In this document: in pieces, positions 19,526 to 30,080 of the stretch | Layout of the letters: each line of letters opens with the position of its first letter | Numbering within the stretch: the stretch's first letter is position 1 | NCBI GenBank assembly: GCA_963804995.1 | Contig: CAWDSK010000003.1 | Coordinates: forward strand, 608,001-672,000 | DNA length: 64,000 bases | Source of the DNA: an uncultured Acidobacteriota bacterium | Lineage (GTDB): Bacteria > Acidobacteriota > Terriglobia > UBA7540 | Direction: 5' to 3' | Program-made: the position numbers and the translations under genes | Notes under the pieces: model-generated | What the model saw: the letters and a program-made list of their open reading frames with translations, nothing else | What the model was told of the DNA's origin: nothing | Databases searched by the model: none

Positions 19526-19787
19526 AAGCCCGACTTCCACGCCCCTCGCCCGGCCGAATGTGCAGATGTTGCCCCTCCGCTTCGCACCCCAGCTTTCGCC
19601 CAAATTAAGACATCCGCCTCTCGAAGCAAGGAGCAGTGGATCCGCACCAAATGGCGGCGACCGGAGGTTGAGAATTCGAATCAGCTTGGCGGTTTGACTT
19701 GTCCGCGTTTAGGTGATTTATTATGGGCCGTTTCTCGAAAGCCCATGTAGTTGTGTTGCGGCCTACGGGCCTGGAAGCAATACCAGA

Positions 19788-21221
19788 ATGGTCCAACCGT
19801 TGCCTGCGGTAGTCATCGGTGTTGATGTGGGGACAAGTGGTGTGCGCGCCTTGGCCGCCACTGCCGAAGGGGAGGTCTTAGCGGACGCCCGGGCCACACT
19901 TTCGGAGCGCCCCTCTGACGGCATGGTTCACGAGCAGGACACCCACGACTGGTGGAGCGCCGTCTGCCAGACCCTCCGCGAAGTGTTGAGCACCCTAAGT
20001 GACCCTTCCGTCCGGCCCGCCGGGTTGGCGGTGACTTCCACATCAGGTTCGCTAGTCCTGGCAGACTCCGCGGGTCAGCCGGTGCGGCCGGCAATTCTGT
20101 ACGACAACGCGCGCGGCGGTGCACTCGCAAACGATTTGAATCGCCGCCTCTCCACCGAGCAACTCAACTCGTCCTACTCGCTCGCCAAGATCCTTTGGGT
20201 CAGGCAGCACGAACCGTCAGTCTGGGAGCGCGCAGCCTACGTGTTACATCCTGCCGATTGGCTTACGGGAAAGCTGACGGGGCAGTTCGGGATCGCCGAC
20301 TACTCCAACGCGTTGAAGCTCGGTTACGACCAGGAGCGGGAGAAGTGGAGTGAGGCGATTGAAGTGGCAGGCATACCTGGCGCGATGCTCCCCCGTGTGG
20401 TTCGTCCAGGGCAGCAGGTGGGAACGATCTCAAACCAAGCCAGCGTGGAAACTGGTTTACCCGCCGGCACGCCGGTGCTCGCCGGGGCTTCGGACGGTTT
20501 GGCGAGCCTCATCGGTTCAGGCGCAAAAGACGCGGGCGACGCCAACACCACTTTGGGAACAACTCTGGTTTGGAAGGCGCTAACGCTTAGCAAACCTCAA
20601 CTGGGGGCGGGGATGTACTGCCACCACCATCCCTCGAATCTGTGGGCGCCCGGAGCAGCAAGCAATACGGGACCGGGCAGCCTACGGCCTGATGACCCCA
20701 CCCTTGATCCTGCGGAATTGGATCGGCGCGCCGCCGCCCACTTGCCCACCGCCGTTCAATGCTACCTCCTGGGGTCACGGGGAGAGCGCTTCCCTTTCCT
20801 CAATCTTGCCGCCCAATCCTTCGTGGAAGGCGCGCCTGCGGGCCCCGACGAATGGTACGCAGCGCAATTACAATCCCTCACCTGCGTGGAACGCTGGGGG
20901 TATGAACGCCTGGAAGCCTGCGGAGTGACGGTGGGGGAGAAAGTGTTCTCCGCCGGGAGTGCGGCCGCGAGTCCAATTTTATCTCAACTTCGCGCCAACG
21001 TTTTACAGCGGGTCGTGATACGCTGCTCAACTCCCACGGCGTCATTCGGCGCCGCCATCCTCGCCGCGGGGGAAACCTTGTACGGTGGAGATTTATCGGC
21101 AGCGATGCGCAGCATGACTCGGATTTCAACGAGCCATCAACCCGAACCCGGAACTCGCGAGAGGTTCGAAGCGGTTTACCGGCTGTTCCGCGCGGCCTGC
21201 ACTGCCCGGGGGTATGCTTGA
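19788..21221 (+). CDS. FGGY-family carbohydrate kinase
   Basis: GVDVGTSG, SDG, TLGTT and GERFPF motifs. Confidence 0.92.
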   Translation: MVQPLPAVVIGVDVGTSGVRALAATAEGEVLADARATLSERPSDGMVHEQDTHDWWSAVCQTLREVLSTLSDPSVRPAGLAVTSTSGSLVLADSAGQPVRPAILYDNARGGALANDLNRRLSTEQLNSSYSLAKILWVRQHEPSVWERAAYVLHPADWLTGKLTGQFGIADYSNALKLGYDQEREKWSEAIEVAGIPGAMLPRVVRPGQQVGTISNQASVETGLPAGTPVLAGASDGLASLIGSGAKDAGDANTTLGTTLVWKALTLSKPQLGAGMYCHHHPSNLWAPGAASNTGPGSLRPDDPTLDPAELDRRAAAHLPTAVQCYLLGSRGERFPFLNLAAQSFVEGAPAGPDEWYAAQLQSLTCVERWGYERLEACGVTVGEKVFSAGSAAASPILSQLRANVLQRVVIRCSTPTASFGAAILAAGETLYGGDLSAAMRSMTRISTSHQPEPGTRERFEAVYRLFRAACTARGYA

Positions 21222-21283
21222 GCGGGCCGTGTGTAGCGCGTGACCTGGCACCAAGGCTGTTCGCTTAAGCTCTTTTACGAAGG

Positions 21284-21541
21284 TGGTTCTGTGTTCGACG
21301 CCAAGACCCCCTCACCCGTCCCGCTCCGGCTGATGAAAACGCCGGCAGCGGTCCACCCTCTCCCCCAAGGGGGCGAGGGCTGTAATCTCAAATTAACGCT
21401 CCCCTCGGTTACTGTGGTTGAAAGTGCGGTGACCATGATGGCGGGCGGCAATGGGTTGTAAGTTTAAATTAACTCTCCCCTCGGTCGCCGCGGCGACAGA
21501 GGGGTCGGCGGGTGAGGGGGTCTTAGGATCGAACACGGAAC
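21284..21541. repeat. Composite element: family A + GTCGCCGCGGCGAC hairpin inside inverted flanks
   Basis: gttctgtgttcga..caagacccc / ggggtcttagg.tcgaacacggaac. Confidence 0.8.
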
Positions 21542-21608
21542 TTTTGCAAGTTGTTGCTCAACAAGGAAATCTCATCGTCCAAGGCACGAAGCATTGGAAA
21601 GGTCAAAA

Positions 21609-23090
21609 ATGAGCGACGGATACTGTTGTTTGGCATTTGATCTCGGAGCGGAAAGCGGCCGCGCCCTGCTGGGACGATACGCGGGCGGGAATCTGTCCGT
21701 GGAAGAAGTCCACCGCTTTTCAAACGAGCCCGTGGAATACAACGGCGAGCTGCATTGGGACGCGCCGCGCTTATGGCATGAGATTCAAAGCGCCCTGGCA
21801 GTGGCGGGGTCCCAAGGCATTCATCTGGATGCCATTGGCGTCGACACGTGGGGCGTGGATTACGCGCTGCTGGGCGAAGGGGGCGGTCTGCTGGGAAACC
21901 CCTTCCACTATCGCGACAAACAAACCGATGGGATGATGGAGGAGGTTTTCGCTCACGTCTCTCCTGAGGAAATCTACTCCCGGACCGGCATTCAATTCAT
22001 GCAGCTTAATGGCCTGTACCGCCTGTACACGCAACAGGTCAGGACCCCCCGGCTACTTCAGACCGCAGAAAAGCTGCTGACCATTCCCGACCTCTTCAAC
22101 TTTTGGCTGACGGGAGTGGCGGTGTCGGAGTTCACCAACGCCACCACTTTGCAATTCTACGACCCGCGCAAAAAGGATTGGTCGACGGAACTCCTCGAGA
22201 AGCTGGGCATCCCCACCCACTTCCTTCCCCCCGTGGTTCAGCCCGGGACGATCATCGGCAACTTGCGCCCCAACGTCGCGAAGAAAGCCGGGGTAACGAA
22301 TGTCCCGGTCGTGGCGCCCGCCTGCCATGATACGGGGTCAGCGGTCGCGGCCATTGCCGGCGCCGGTGAATCCGTGTATATCAGCTCCGGAACCTGGTCA
22401 CTCGAAGGGACGGAAGTCCGCGAGCCCGTCATCAACCTGGAATCCCAACGTCTGAACTTTACCAACGAAGGCGGCGTGTGCGGCACCTTCCGCCTCTTGA
22501 AAAACGTCATGGGACTCTGGCTCCTGCAGCGCTGCCGGCGTGATTGGCAGCTTGCCGGGAAGAATTACACCTACCCTGAGCTGATGCAGATGGCGCAGTC
22601 GGGCCCGCATTTCCGCAGCCTGGTGGATCCCGATCACCCCTCTTTCCTTCATCCCGAGAGCATGCTTGCGGCCATCGCTGACTTCTGCCGAGCCACCCAC
22701 CAACCCGTACCCGAGGCCCCAGCGGAAGTGGCTCGCATGGTGCTGGAGAGTCTGGCGCTGAAGTACCGCTTTGTTCTGGACCGGCTGGAGGCTCTGACCG
22801 GGCGGCATTTCGCCGAGATTCACATCGTAGGCGGAGGGGCCAAGAATACCCTGCTCAACCAGTTTACGGCGGAAGCCAGTGGCCGCCGCGTCGTTGCAGG
22901 ACCCGTTGAGGCGACGGCTCTTGGAAATATTGGAATGCAGATGCTGGCGAGCGGCGCCGTCGGATCTCTCGAAGAAGTGCGCAGATTGATTGCCCACTCC
23001 TTCCCGGCCGAGGTCCAGGAACCGCAGCAATCTGATCAGTGGGAAGGCGCTTATACCCGCTTCAAGCAGTACTGCGAGAGGGCGGGATAA
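21609..23090 (+). CDS. rhaB: Rhamnulokinase/fuculokinase family kinase
   Basis: DLGAESGR, DTWGVDY, HDTGSA, SSGTWSL, NEGG and GPVEATALGN motifs. Confidence 0.9.
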   Translation: MSDGYCCLAFDLGAESGRALLGRYAGGNLSVEEVHRFSNEPVEYNGELHWDAPRLWHEIQSALAVAGSQGIHLDAIGVDTWGVDYALLGEGGGLLGNPFHYRDKQTDGMMEEVFAHVSPEEIYSRTGIQFMQLNGLYRLYTQQVRTPRLLQTAEKLLTIPDLFNFWLTGVAVSEFTNATTLQFYDPRKKDWSTELLEKLGIPTHFLPPVVQPGTIIGNLRPNVAKKAGVTNVPVVAPACHDTGSAVAAIAGAGESVYISSGTWSLEGTEVREPVINLESQRLNFTNEGGVCGTFRLLKNVMGLWLLQRCRRDWQLAGKNYTYPELMQMAQSGPHFRSLVDPDHPSFLHPESMLAAIADFCRATHQPVPEAPAEVARMVLESLALKYRFVLDRLEALTGRHFAEIHIVGGGAKNTLLNQFTAEASGRRVVAGPVEATALGNIGMQMLASGAVGSLEEVRRLIAHSFPAEVQEPQQSDQWEGAYTRFKQYCERAG

Positions 23091-23114
23091 CGTCATCGAG
23101 AAGATCCCGGATAC

Positions 23115-23242
23115 CTAGCAGGCTGATGAAAAACGACGTAGCGGCGGGTTTACCCCGCCATCCGCTGTTGAAATCGTTGGCGATATGGCGGGGTAAACCC
23201 GCCGCTACCTCGCACCGTGAGGGCTTTTCAACAGCCTGCTAG
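23115..23242. mobile_element. MITE-like element: CTAG-ended 18-bp TIRs enclosing a family B REP pair
   Basis: ctagcaggctgatgaaaa / ttttcaacagcctgctag. Confidence 0.75.
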
Positions 23243-23268
23243 AACTCACTTTGGGAGAATTAAACACG

Positions 23269-24192
23269 ATGCGCTCATGGCTTTTACTTTTCGCCTGTAA
23301 TCTGATGTGGGCTCTGCAATTCACCTGCGTCAAATTGGTGCAGGACCAGGTGGGGGCCCTCTTCACGGTCTGGGGCCCTATGACCCTCGCCACCCTCATG
23401 CTGATTCCCTTGATCAAATTAGAAAAGGGCGACAGCCAGAAAACCACCGAACGCTCCAGACGTGACATCGGGATCTTCTTCCTTCTCGCCCTGCTGGGGG
23501 TTTTTCCCGGGCAGGTGTTGATCACCTGGGGAACACGCTGGTCGCTGGCGAGCAACGCCGCCTTACTCATGCTGACCCTGCCCGTGTCGACAGCCGTGCT
23601 GGCCTACTTCCTCCTGGGAGAGCACATGACGCGGGTGCGGTGGATCAGTTTTGCTTTCGCGATCGTGGGTGTTTTGATGTGCTCGGATGTGGATTTTTCC
23701 CATCTCAATTTCGGGAAGGGATTCCTGCTCGGAAACACCTTGATTTTTCTTGGAACTCTGGGCAGCTCCTTCTACAATTCCTACGGCAAGAAGATACTGG
23801 AACGTTACTCACCCCTCGAAATGCTTTTTTGGACTTACGTGGGAATGTTCATCCTGCTCACGCCGTTTGTGGTGGCGCAAGAGGGGGAGGTTTTCCGTCG
23901 CATTCCCAGCTTTACGGCCCAAACCTGGATTGGCCTGATCCTGCTGACCTTCTTCCACAACTTTCTTTCGATGGTTCTGTTTTTGAAAGCTCTCAAGCAG
24001 TTGGACGCCATCCAGGCGGCACTTTCCAATTATCTTATTACCTTCTTCGGCGTTCCCATCGCTGCCATTTGGCTTCATGAGAAAATGACCCTGCTGGCAA
24101 TCATTGGCGGTGTGATTATTCTTGTAAGTACGTTGCTCATTACGCTCTGGGACCGGAAGCCGGCGGAGGCAGTTGCGCCGGCCCCGCAATAG
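23269..24192 (+). CDS. EamA/DMT family transporter
   Basis: About 10 TM segments in two EamA halves. Confidence 0.9.
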   Translation: MRSWLLLFACNLMWALQFTCVKLVQDQVGALFTVWGPMTLATLMLIPLIKLEKGDSQKTTERSRRDIGIFFLLALLGVFPGQVLITWGTRWSLASNAALLMLTLPVSTAVLAYFLLGEHMTRVRWISFAFAIVGVLMCSDVDFSHLNFGKGFLLGNTLIFLGTLGSSFYNSYGKKILERYSPLEMLFWTYVGMFILLTPFVVAQEGEVFRRIPSFTAQTWIGLILLTFFHNFLSMVLFLKALKQLDAIQAALSNYLITFFGVPIAAIWLHEKMTLLAIIGGVIILVSTLLITLWDRKPAEAVAPAPQ

Positions 24193-24307
24193 GAATAGTT
24201 GTGCGCGGACCTGGAGGGTAGGAACGCGATCAAGGTTGAGCAGAATAGCGAGTGACCCTGACGGCTTCGCCGTCTGCTGCCCTGAAAATTGCTGTGCCGA
24301 AGGCACT

Positions 24308-24411
24308 TTGGAGTGCGGTAGCAGCAGCTACCGCTTTCCCCGTTCGGTCCAGACGGCGAATAGGCGAGGCGCGGAGGAATAAAGGCGGTAGCTGCTGCTA
24401 CCGCACTCCAA
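24308..24411. repeat. REP-like family C inverted pair (TTGGAGTGCGGTAGCAGCAGCTACCGC)
   Basis: 24308-24337 inverted against 24381-24411. Confidence 0.88.
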
Positions 24412-24424
24412 GGAGGCTCTCGAA

Positions 24425-25825
24425 ATGGACAAGCATGAGACCCATCTATCCCGGCGTGACACTTTGAAATTAATTACCGGAGTGTTGGGAGGAGGACTTG
24501 TGGTGCGCCAATGCGAGGGCGCAGAAGGCGGAGAGTTTCGTTTGACCTCGTTCACGGCGGATGTCACACCGCCTGTGGGTAATCCCTTGTTCAATGGTAT
24601 GCCCGAACGCGCCACGGTCATCGTGGATCGGCTGGAGGCCAATGGAATTGTTCTATCCGGTTCCGGCAAGCCCCTCGTGCTGGTGGCCGTCGACTGGTGT
24701 GAGATTCGCAACGAGTCCTACGAACGGTGGCGATCCGTGCTGGCTGAGGCCGCCGGGACGGATAAGGAAAGGGTGCTGGTGAGTTGCATTCACCAGCATG
24801 ATGCCGCTTACAGTGACAAGGTGGCGCAACAACTCTTAAAAGCCAACCACGTTCCACAGGATTTGTGTGACCTGGATTTTGATGAGCGCACGATCCAGGG
24901 CGTGGCGTCCGCGCTGCGCAAATCCCTGGCCAATTCGCACCCCATCACCCATATCGGGACCGGACAAGGGAAGGTGGAAATGGTCGCCTCCAACCGGCGC
25001 TATGTCACCCCGGACGGAAAAGTCTCCTGGGGAAGAACCAGTTCAGAACGCGACCCGGTGGTTCGAAACATGCCCATCGGATTAATCGATCCCTGGCTGA
25101 AGACCATCAGCTTTTGGAAGGGTGACCAGCCCGTGGCCGCCCTGAGCTGTTACTCAACCCATCCCATGGCTCACTATGGAAAGGGAGAAGTCTCCTATGA
25201 CTTCCCGGGAATGGCGCGCGCCCAGCGGCGGAAAGAGATGCCCTCGGTCACGCAGATCTACTTCTCGGGCTGCAGTGGAGATACCATGGCGGGCAAGTTC
25301 AACGACGGAAATTACCAGAACCGCCCGATCCTGGCAGAACGTCTGCATCAAGGCATGCTGGCCGCGTGGAATTCGACCAAGCGGCATCCGCTGAACAAAA
25401 TCGGTTTCCGTTGCGCTCCGATGAAACTGGAGCCGAGGCATACGCCCGGGTTCAGTCTGGAAGATTTTCGCCGCAACCTCGCGGACGAAAAACAGACGAC
25501 GCTCGAACGCTTCGACGCGGCGCTGGGCTTAAGCTGGCGGCAACGCACCGATTCCGGCCACCACATCGACGTTCCGGCGATCGACTTCGGTCCCGCCCAA
25601 ATCGTGCTGATGCCGGCGGAATCCTTCGTGCAATATCAGCTCTGGGCGCAGGCCCTGAGGCCCGACTCCTTCGTCATGACGCTGGGGTATGGCGAATGCG
25701 CGCCCGGCTACATCCCCACGGCCAAGGATGCGGCGGAAGGTTATAACGATCATTACAGTTGGATTGCTTTTCCGGAATGCGAGGCGAGCATGCGTCAGGC
25801 CCTCGCCGCTGCCTTGAAAGCGTAA
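24425..25825 (+). CDS. Tat-exported neutral/alkaline ceramidase-like metallohydrolase
   Basis: SRRDTL signal; DVTP, HQHDA, YSTHP, GCSGD and PAE motifs. Confidence 0.75.
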   Translation: MDKHETHLSRRDTLKLITGVLGGGLVVRQCEGAEGGEFRLTSFTADVTPPVGNPLFNGMPERATVIVDRLEANGIVLSGSGKPLVLVAVDWCEIRNESYERWRSVLAEAAGTDKERVLVSCIHQHDAAYSDKVAQQLLKANHVPQDLCDLDFDERTIQGVASALRKSLANSHPITHIGTGQGKVEMVASNRRYVTPDGKVSWGRTSSERDPVVRNMPIGLIDPWLKTISFWKGDQPVAALSCYSTHPMAHYGKGEVSYDFPGMARAQRRKEMPSVTQIYFSGCSGDTMAGKFNDGNYQNRPILAERLHQGMLAAWNSTKRHPLNKIGFRCAPMKLEPRHTPGFSLEDFRRNLADEKQTTLERFDAALGLSWRQRTDSGHHIDVPAIDFGPAQIVLMPAESFVQYQLWAQALRPDSFVMTLGYGECAPGYIPTAKDAAEGYNDHYSWIAFPECEASMRQALAAALKA

Positions 25826-25857
25826 CCTCGCGCGCCGGGCAGGTTGATGAAAACGAC

Positions 25858-25932
25858 GTAGCGGCGGGTTTACCCCGCCATTTGGCGAGGTACTCTCGCC
25901 GGCAGGAAATGGCGGGGTAAACCCGCCGCTAC
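25858..25932. repeat. Family B REP pair with a partial TIR upstream
   Basis: gcaggttgatgaaaacgac-gtagcggcggg...ccgccgctac. Confidence 0.85.
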
Positions 25933-25975
25933 GTCGCAGTGAGTATATGCAAAATCCCTTAACGAGGAGCTCAAC

Positions 25976-27358
25976 ATGAAAACTGATCGCCGCGGATTTC
26001 TAGCAGGTTCGCTCGCCACCCTGGGCGGTTTTGCGGCGCGGGGCGACGCTATGCTCCCGCCCGGCGTACCGCCTGAAGGGGGCGTGCAGGTTGCCACTTT
26101 TGTAGCCGATATAACCGTGCCTCTCGGTGAACCTCTGGCGTTTACTTGTCCCCCCACCAAGGTCATTGAGCACCCGTTGCTTGCCAAGGGAATTGTCCTG
26201 CGCGACGCGGGTGGGACCTACGTGCTTTGTGCCCTGGATTGGTGCGAGATTCACAGCGCGACCCACGATGTCTTCCGGGAAAAGATCGGCAAGGCCGCGG
26301 GTGTGCCTGCTTCCCAGGTGGCGGTCCAGACTCTGCACCAGCACACGGCGCCTGCCTACGACAACGATGCGCAGGGATTGCTGAACAAGCTCGCCGGTGA
26401 CCCGCCCCAAAAAGGATTTGAGTTTGTGGATGTGGCCGCCAATCGAACCGCCGCGGCAGTCGCGAAAGCCACAACTCAATTACGCAGCGTATCGCAGGTG
26501 GGCACGGGTTGGGCGTCCGTCAACCAAGTGGCTTCGTCGCGCCGCATCCGGCAGCCCGACGGAACCATTCTGACGCGCTTGAGCAGCAGCAAGAATCCGG
26601 AAGAGCAGAAGGCGCCCGAAGGGTACATCGATGGCTATGTGCGCACCCTCACTTTCTTTGACGGCGAGCAGCCGGTAGTTCGAGTGTATTACTACGCGAC
26701 GCATCCACAATCTTACTATAACGATGGGCGCGTGACTTACGATGTCCCCGGCATCGCCCGCGAGCGGCTGGAGAAGGAATCCGGCGTCTTCCAGCTCTAC
26801 TTCACAGGCTGCGGCGGTGATATCGGGATGGGAAAATACAACGACGGCACTCCCGAGCGCCGGCCGGTTCTGGTCGACCGTTTGTACGACGGCATGATTC
26901 GGTCGGTTAAAAACGTCCATAAGGAACCGCTTACCGGATTGCGATGGAAAACCACCGACGTGCGGTTCCCCATCCGCAGGGACGGGCTATTTTCTGAAGA
27001 GTCCTGCCGCAAGGCTCTGGCTGAAACCAAGGGGCCTTCTATGGCGCACCTGAACGCCGCCTGGGCAACCGTGCGCGCTGAGCAAGACCGGGCCATCCAA
27101 CTGAGCTGCCTTACCCTCGGTTCGGTCCGGGTCCTGCACCTTCCCGGGGAGCCTTTCGTCGAGTATCAGCTCTGGGCCCAACACAATCGCCCGGACCTCT
27201 TCGTGGCGGTGGCCGGATACGGCGATTGTACGACCGGGTACATTTGCACGAACGTCGCCTATACCGATCGAGGTGGCTACGAACAGACGGAATCGTTTGT
27301 GGGCCCCAGTGAAGATATTCTCAAGGCAGCCATCGGCAAGCTGCTGGCGGATGGGTAG
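25976..27358 (+). CDS. Tat-exported ceramidase-like metallohydrolase (paralog of the previous gene)
   Basis: DRRGFL signal; DITVP, HQHTAP, YATHP, GCGGD and PGEPF motifs. Confidence 0.75.
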   Translation: MKTDRRGFLAGSLATLGGFAARGDAMLPPGVPPEGGVQVATFVADITVPLGEPLAFTCPPTKVIEHPLLAKGIVLRDAGGTYVLCALDWCEIHSATHDVFREKIGKAAGVPASQVAVQTLHQHTAPAYDNDAQGLLNKLAGDPPQKGFEFVDVAANRTAAAVAKATTQLRSVSQVGTGWASVNQVASSRRIRQPDGTILTRLSSSKNPEEQKAPEGYIDGYVRTLTFFDGEQPVVRVYYYATHPQSYYNDGRVTYDVPGIARERLEKESGVFQLYFTGCGGDIGMGKYNDGTPERRPVLVDRLYDGMIRSVKNVHKEPLTGLRWKTTDVRFPIRRDGLFSEESCRKALAETKGPSMAHLNAAWATVRAEQDRAIQLSCLTLGSVRVLHLPGEPFVEYQLWAQHNRPDLFVAVAGYGDCTTGYICTNVAYTDRGGYEQTESFVGPSEDILKAAIGKLLADG

Positions 27359-27434
27359 GTGGGATGAACCGTGACAATGCCAGCGTCCTGAGTCAGAAGT
27401 TCGGTGACGAAGTCTAAATGGGTTCCAGGGCGAA

Positions 27435-27612
27435 CCCCCTCACCCGTCCCGCCCCGGCTGATGAGAACGCCGGCGGCGGGCCACCCTCTCCCCCAAGGGG
27501 GCGAGGGAGTAAGCTCAACGCTACCCTCCGTCGCCGCGGCGACAGAGGGTGGTAAATTCAAAATAACTCTCCCCTCGCCCCCTTGGGGGAGAGGGGCTGG
27601 GGGGTGAGGGGG
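27435..27612. repeat. Composite family A + GTCGCCGCGGCGAC hairpin + inverted end
   Basis: Same architecture as 21307-21522 and 40177-40307. Confidence 0.85.
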
Positions 27613-27697
27613 TCACCAAGAACGATTTGAAGAGTAACGCCCCAATTTGAGCAGTACTTTGCCAGGCCTCCAATCCGGTCTCCGAAGGAGCAGGATC

Positions 27698-29773
27698 ATG
27701 TCTCGAAGCCGTGTGCTTAAATGCCTCCTCACGTCCGCACTTTTTCTGGCCTGGCTGGTAGCGCCCTCCACACGCGCGGCCGATCACAATCCTCTGCTGC
27801 CACGGCCGCAGGAAGTTCGCTATGGCAACGGCTCGCTCCGCCTCCAGGGTCTGAGCATCCGCATCGCATCGGACGCGAGCGCCGAGGATCGCTTCGCCGC
27901 GGAGCAATTGGCGGCGGCACTCAGTTCCCGCTCCGGGACCTCGATCCCCATTTCGGAAAAAGCCACGCCCGGCCATGCCATTGTCCTGACGCGTACCGGA
28001 TCCGGCTCCGCCCTGCCGCAACCGGACGAGCACCCGGGCCCCGATTCTCGTGAAGCCTACACGCTGAGCATCACCGCCCAGGGTGGCGAAGTTCGCGCGC
28101 GCTCATCGGCAGGCTTGTTTTACGGTGTGCAAACCCTGCGTGAAATGGTGGAAGGAGCCGGCGGCGATGCGGCGCTTCCGGCCGCGGAGGTCCGCGACTG
28201 GCCTTCCTTCGCCTATCGCGCCGTGATGATGGATATGAGCCACGGTGCGTTGCCGACTGAAGCAGAGGTCAAACGGCAAATCGATTTCCTGGCTCGATGG
28301 AAAGGCAACCAGTACTTCTTCTACTCCGAAGCCAACATTGAACTGAAGGGCTACTCGCTGCTCAATCCTGGCGACGCGCGTTTCACCCAAGAGCAGGTGC
28401 GGAGGATCATCGACTATGCCCGCGAACGTCATATCGATGTAGTCCCTTGCCTGGAACTATACGGACACCTGCACGATCTTTTTCGCGTGGAGCGTTATTC
28501 GGAATTGTCGGTGCTCCCCAATGGCGGCGAATTCGATCCTCGCAAACCCGGCGTGATGCCCGTCGTCCAGGACTGGGTCGAGCAGCTCACCAAGCTATTC
28601 CCCAGCCCCTTCTGCCATATCGGCTTTGACGAAACTTATGAGCTTGACATGGCTGCCGAAGCGGAAAAAGCTGCCCCGGCCCATCTGTACCTGGAACAGG
28701 TGCGGAGCGTGGCGGCGCTGGTGGCGCAGCACGGCAAGCGCGTGATGATGTGGGGCGATCACAATATCATCACGCAGCATCCGGAGATTCTGGCCGGCCT
28801 GCCCGCCGGCATCATCGCCGTGCCCTGGCACAACGGCTTTTTGGAATCCTATCAGAGCTACCTGGAACCCTTTTCCTCACGCCAGATTCCCCAGTATGCC
28901 TCAACGTCGATCTATGGTTACGCGCAGGTCTTCCCGGACTTCAACCAATCGTTTGCCGCCCTCACCAACCTGATGGCCGACGCCCGCCAATTTCATTCCG
29001 TGGGCCTCCTGCTTACGCTCTGGACGGACGACGCCCAGGTGTCAACCCGCATGTCCCTTCCGGGTGTCGCTTTCGGCATGTCCCTCTGCTGGCAATCTGA
29101 GGCGCTTGCGCCCGGCAAGTTTTTTGAGGATTACGCGAACCTGGTCTATTCCCCCGCCGTGGCTCGCGAAGTGGCGCCGGCCCTGCGCGAACTTTCCGAC
29201 GCCGAGCAGCGCCTGCAAAGTGTTCTGGGCTATACCACTAGCCGGATGTTTTGGACCGATCCGCTTTCCAGTTCCAGCCTGCAGCGGGGGCAAGCGCACC
29301 GCGAGGACTTCCGCCAGGTGCGTCTGCTGGCTGAGGATGCGCAAATGCATCTGCAACGCGCCCTGGAATTGAAAGGCAACGAGGAAAACCTTGCAACCTT
29401 TTTGCTGGGATCACAGATGCTCGACTACGCCGGCATGAAATTCCTTTATGCGACGGAGTTGGCGGATTATTGGCGGCAAATGGGCCCGCACCCCACACCC
29501 CATCAGGTGGAATTCTATATCCTGACGGAAATGTGCGAGGAGGATCACTCCCTCATCGCGGATCTGCTGGACGCCGCGGCGGGACTGAGAGATCGGCGCC
29601 AGGCCGCGTGGCTCGAAGAATATACGCCCTATCGACTGCGTGGAGCTTTGGAGAAGTGGGATGCCGAGTACCAGTACTGGTACCGCCTGCAGCGCCGCCT
29701 GCGGGACTTTTCGGATAATTTTCGTGAGGGAGACGCGTTGCCTCCCTTCTTATCCTTCAATCCGGGAATATGA
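27698..29773 (+). CDS. Beta-N-acetylhexosaminidase (GH20)
   Basis: LLPRPQ, EAYTL, DWP..YR and HIGFDE catalytic motif. Confidence 0.9.
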   Translation: MSRSRVLKCLLTSALFLAWLVAPSTRAADHNPLLPRPQEVRYGNGSLRLQGLSIRIASDASAEDRFAAEQLAAALSSRSGTSIPISEKATPGHAIVLTRTGSGSALPQPDEHPGPDSREAYTLSITAQGGEVRARSSAGLFYGVQTLREMVEGAGGDAALPAAEVRDWPSFAYRAVMMDMSHGALPTEAEVKRQIDFLARWKGNQYFFYSEANIELKGYSLLNPGDARFTQEQVRRIIDYARERHIDVVPCLELYGHLHDLFRVERYSELSVLPNGGEFDPRKPGVMPVVQDWVEQLTKLFPSPFCHIGFDETYELDMAAEAEKAAPAHLYLEQVRSVAALVAQHGKRVMMWGDHNIITQHPEILAGLPAGIIAVPWHNGFLESYQSYLEPFSSRQIPQYASTSIYGYAQVFPDFNQSFAALTNLMADARQFHSVGLLLTLWTDDAQVSTRMSLPGVAFGMSLCWQSEALAPGKFFEDYANLVYSPAVAREVAPALRELSDAEQRLQSVLGYTTSRMFWTDPLSSSSLQRGQAHREDFRQVRLLAEDAQMHLQRALELKGNEENLATFLLGSQMLDYAGMKFLYATELADYWRQMGPHPTPHQVEFYILTEMCEEDHSLIADLLDAAAGLRDRRQAAWLEEYTPYRLRGALEKWDAEYQYWYRLQRRLRDFSDNFREGDALPPFLSFNPGI

Positions 29774-29998
29774 ACCTCCGTACTACAATTAGGCTTGACA
29801 TTAAGCGTTTCAAAGTGGCATAATTTCACTGCCCCGGCTGCCCGAACGGGCCGGCGTGAAGCGCTCCGCGGGAAGGATTCCCCGGTGGGGCCTTTCAAAA
29901 GCAAACTGGAACGCTCCAGTGGGAAAAACGAGACCGAAAACAGACCGCCTGAGCTATACATTTTTAGCCGACAATGTGTCGCTGGATGGATAAAACGT

Positions 29999-30080
29999 CC
30001 AAAGCTGAGAACATATTGAAAACAAAGCGCGTCACTATGAGATTTCTGCGCACCAAAGCTGAGAGGTTATTGAAAACAAA
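29999..30080 (+). repeat. ~28-bp direct repeat pair CCAAAGCTGAGAnnnTATTGAAAACAAA
   Basis: Copies at 29999 and 30053. Confidence 0.8.

Noticed and set aside
29999..30080. Mini-CRISPR
   Set aside because: Only two imperfect copies and no cas genes.
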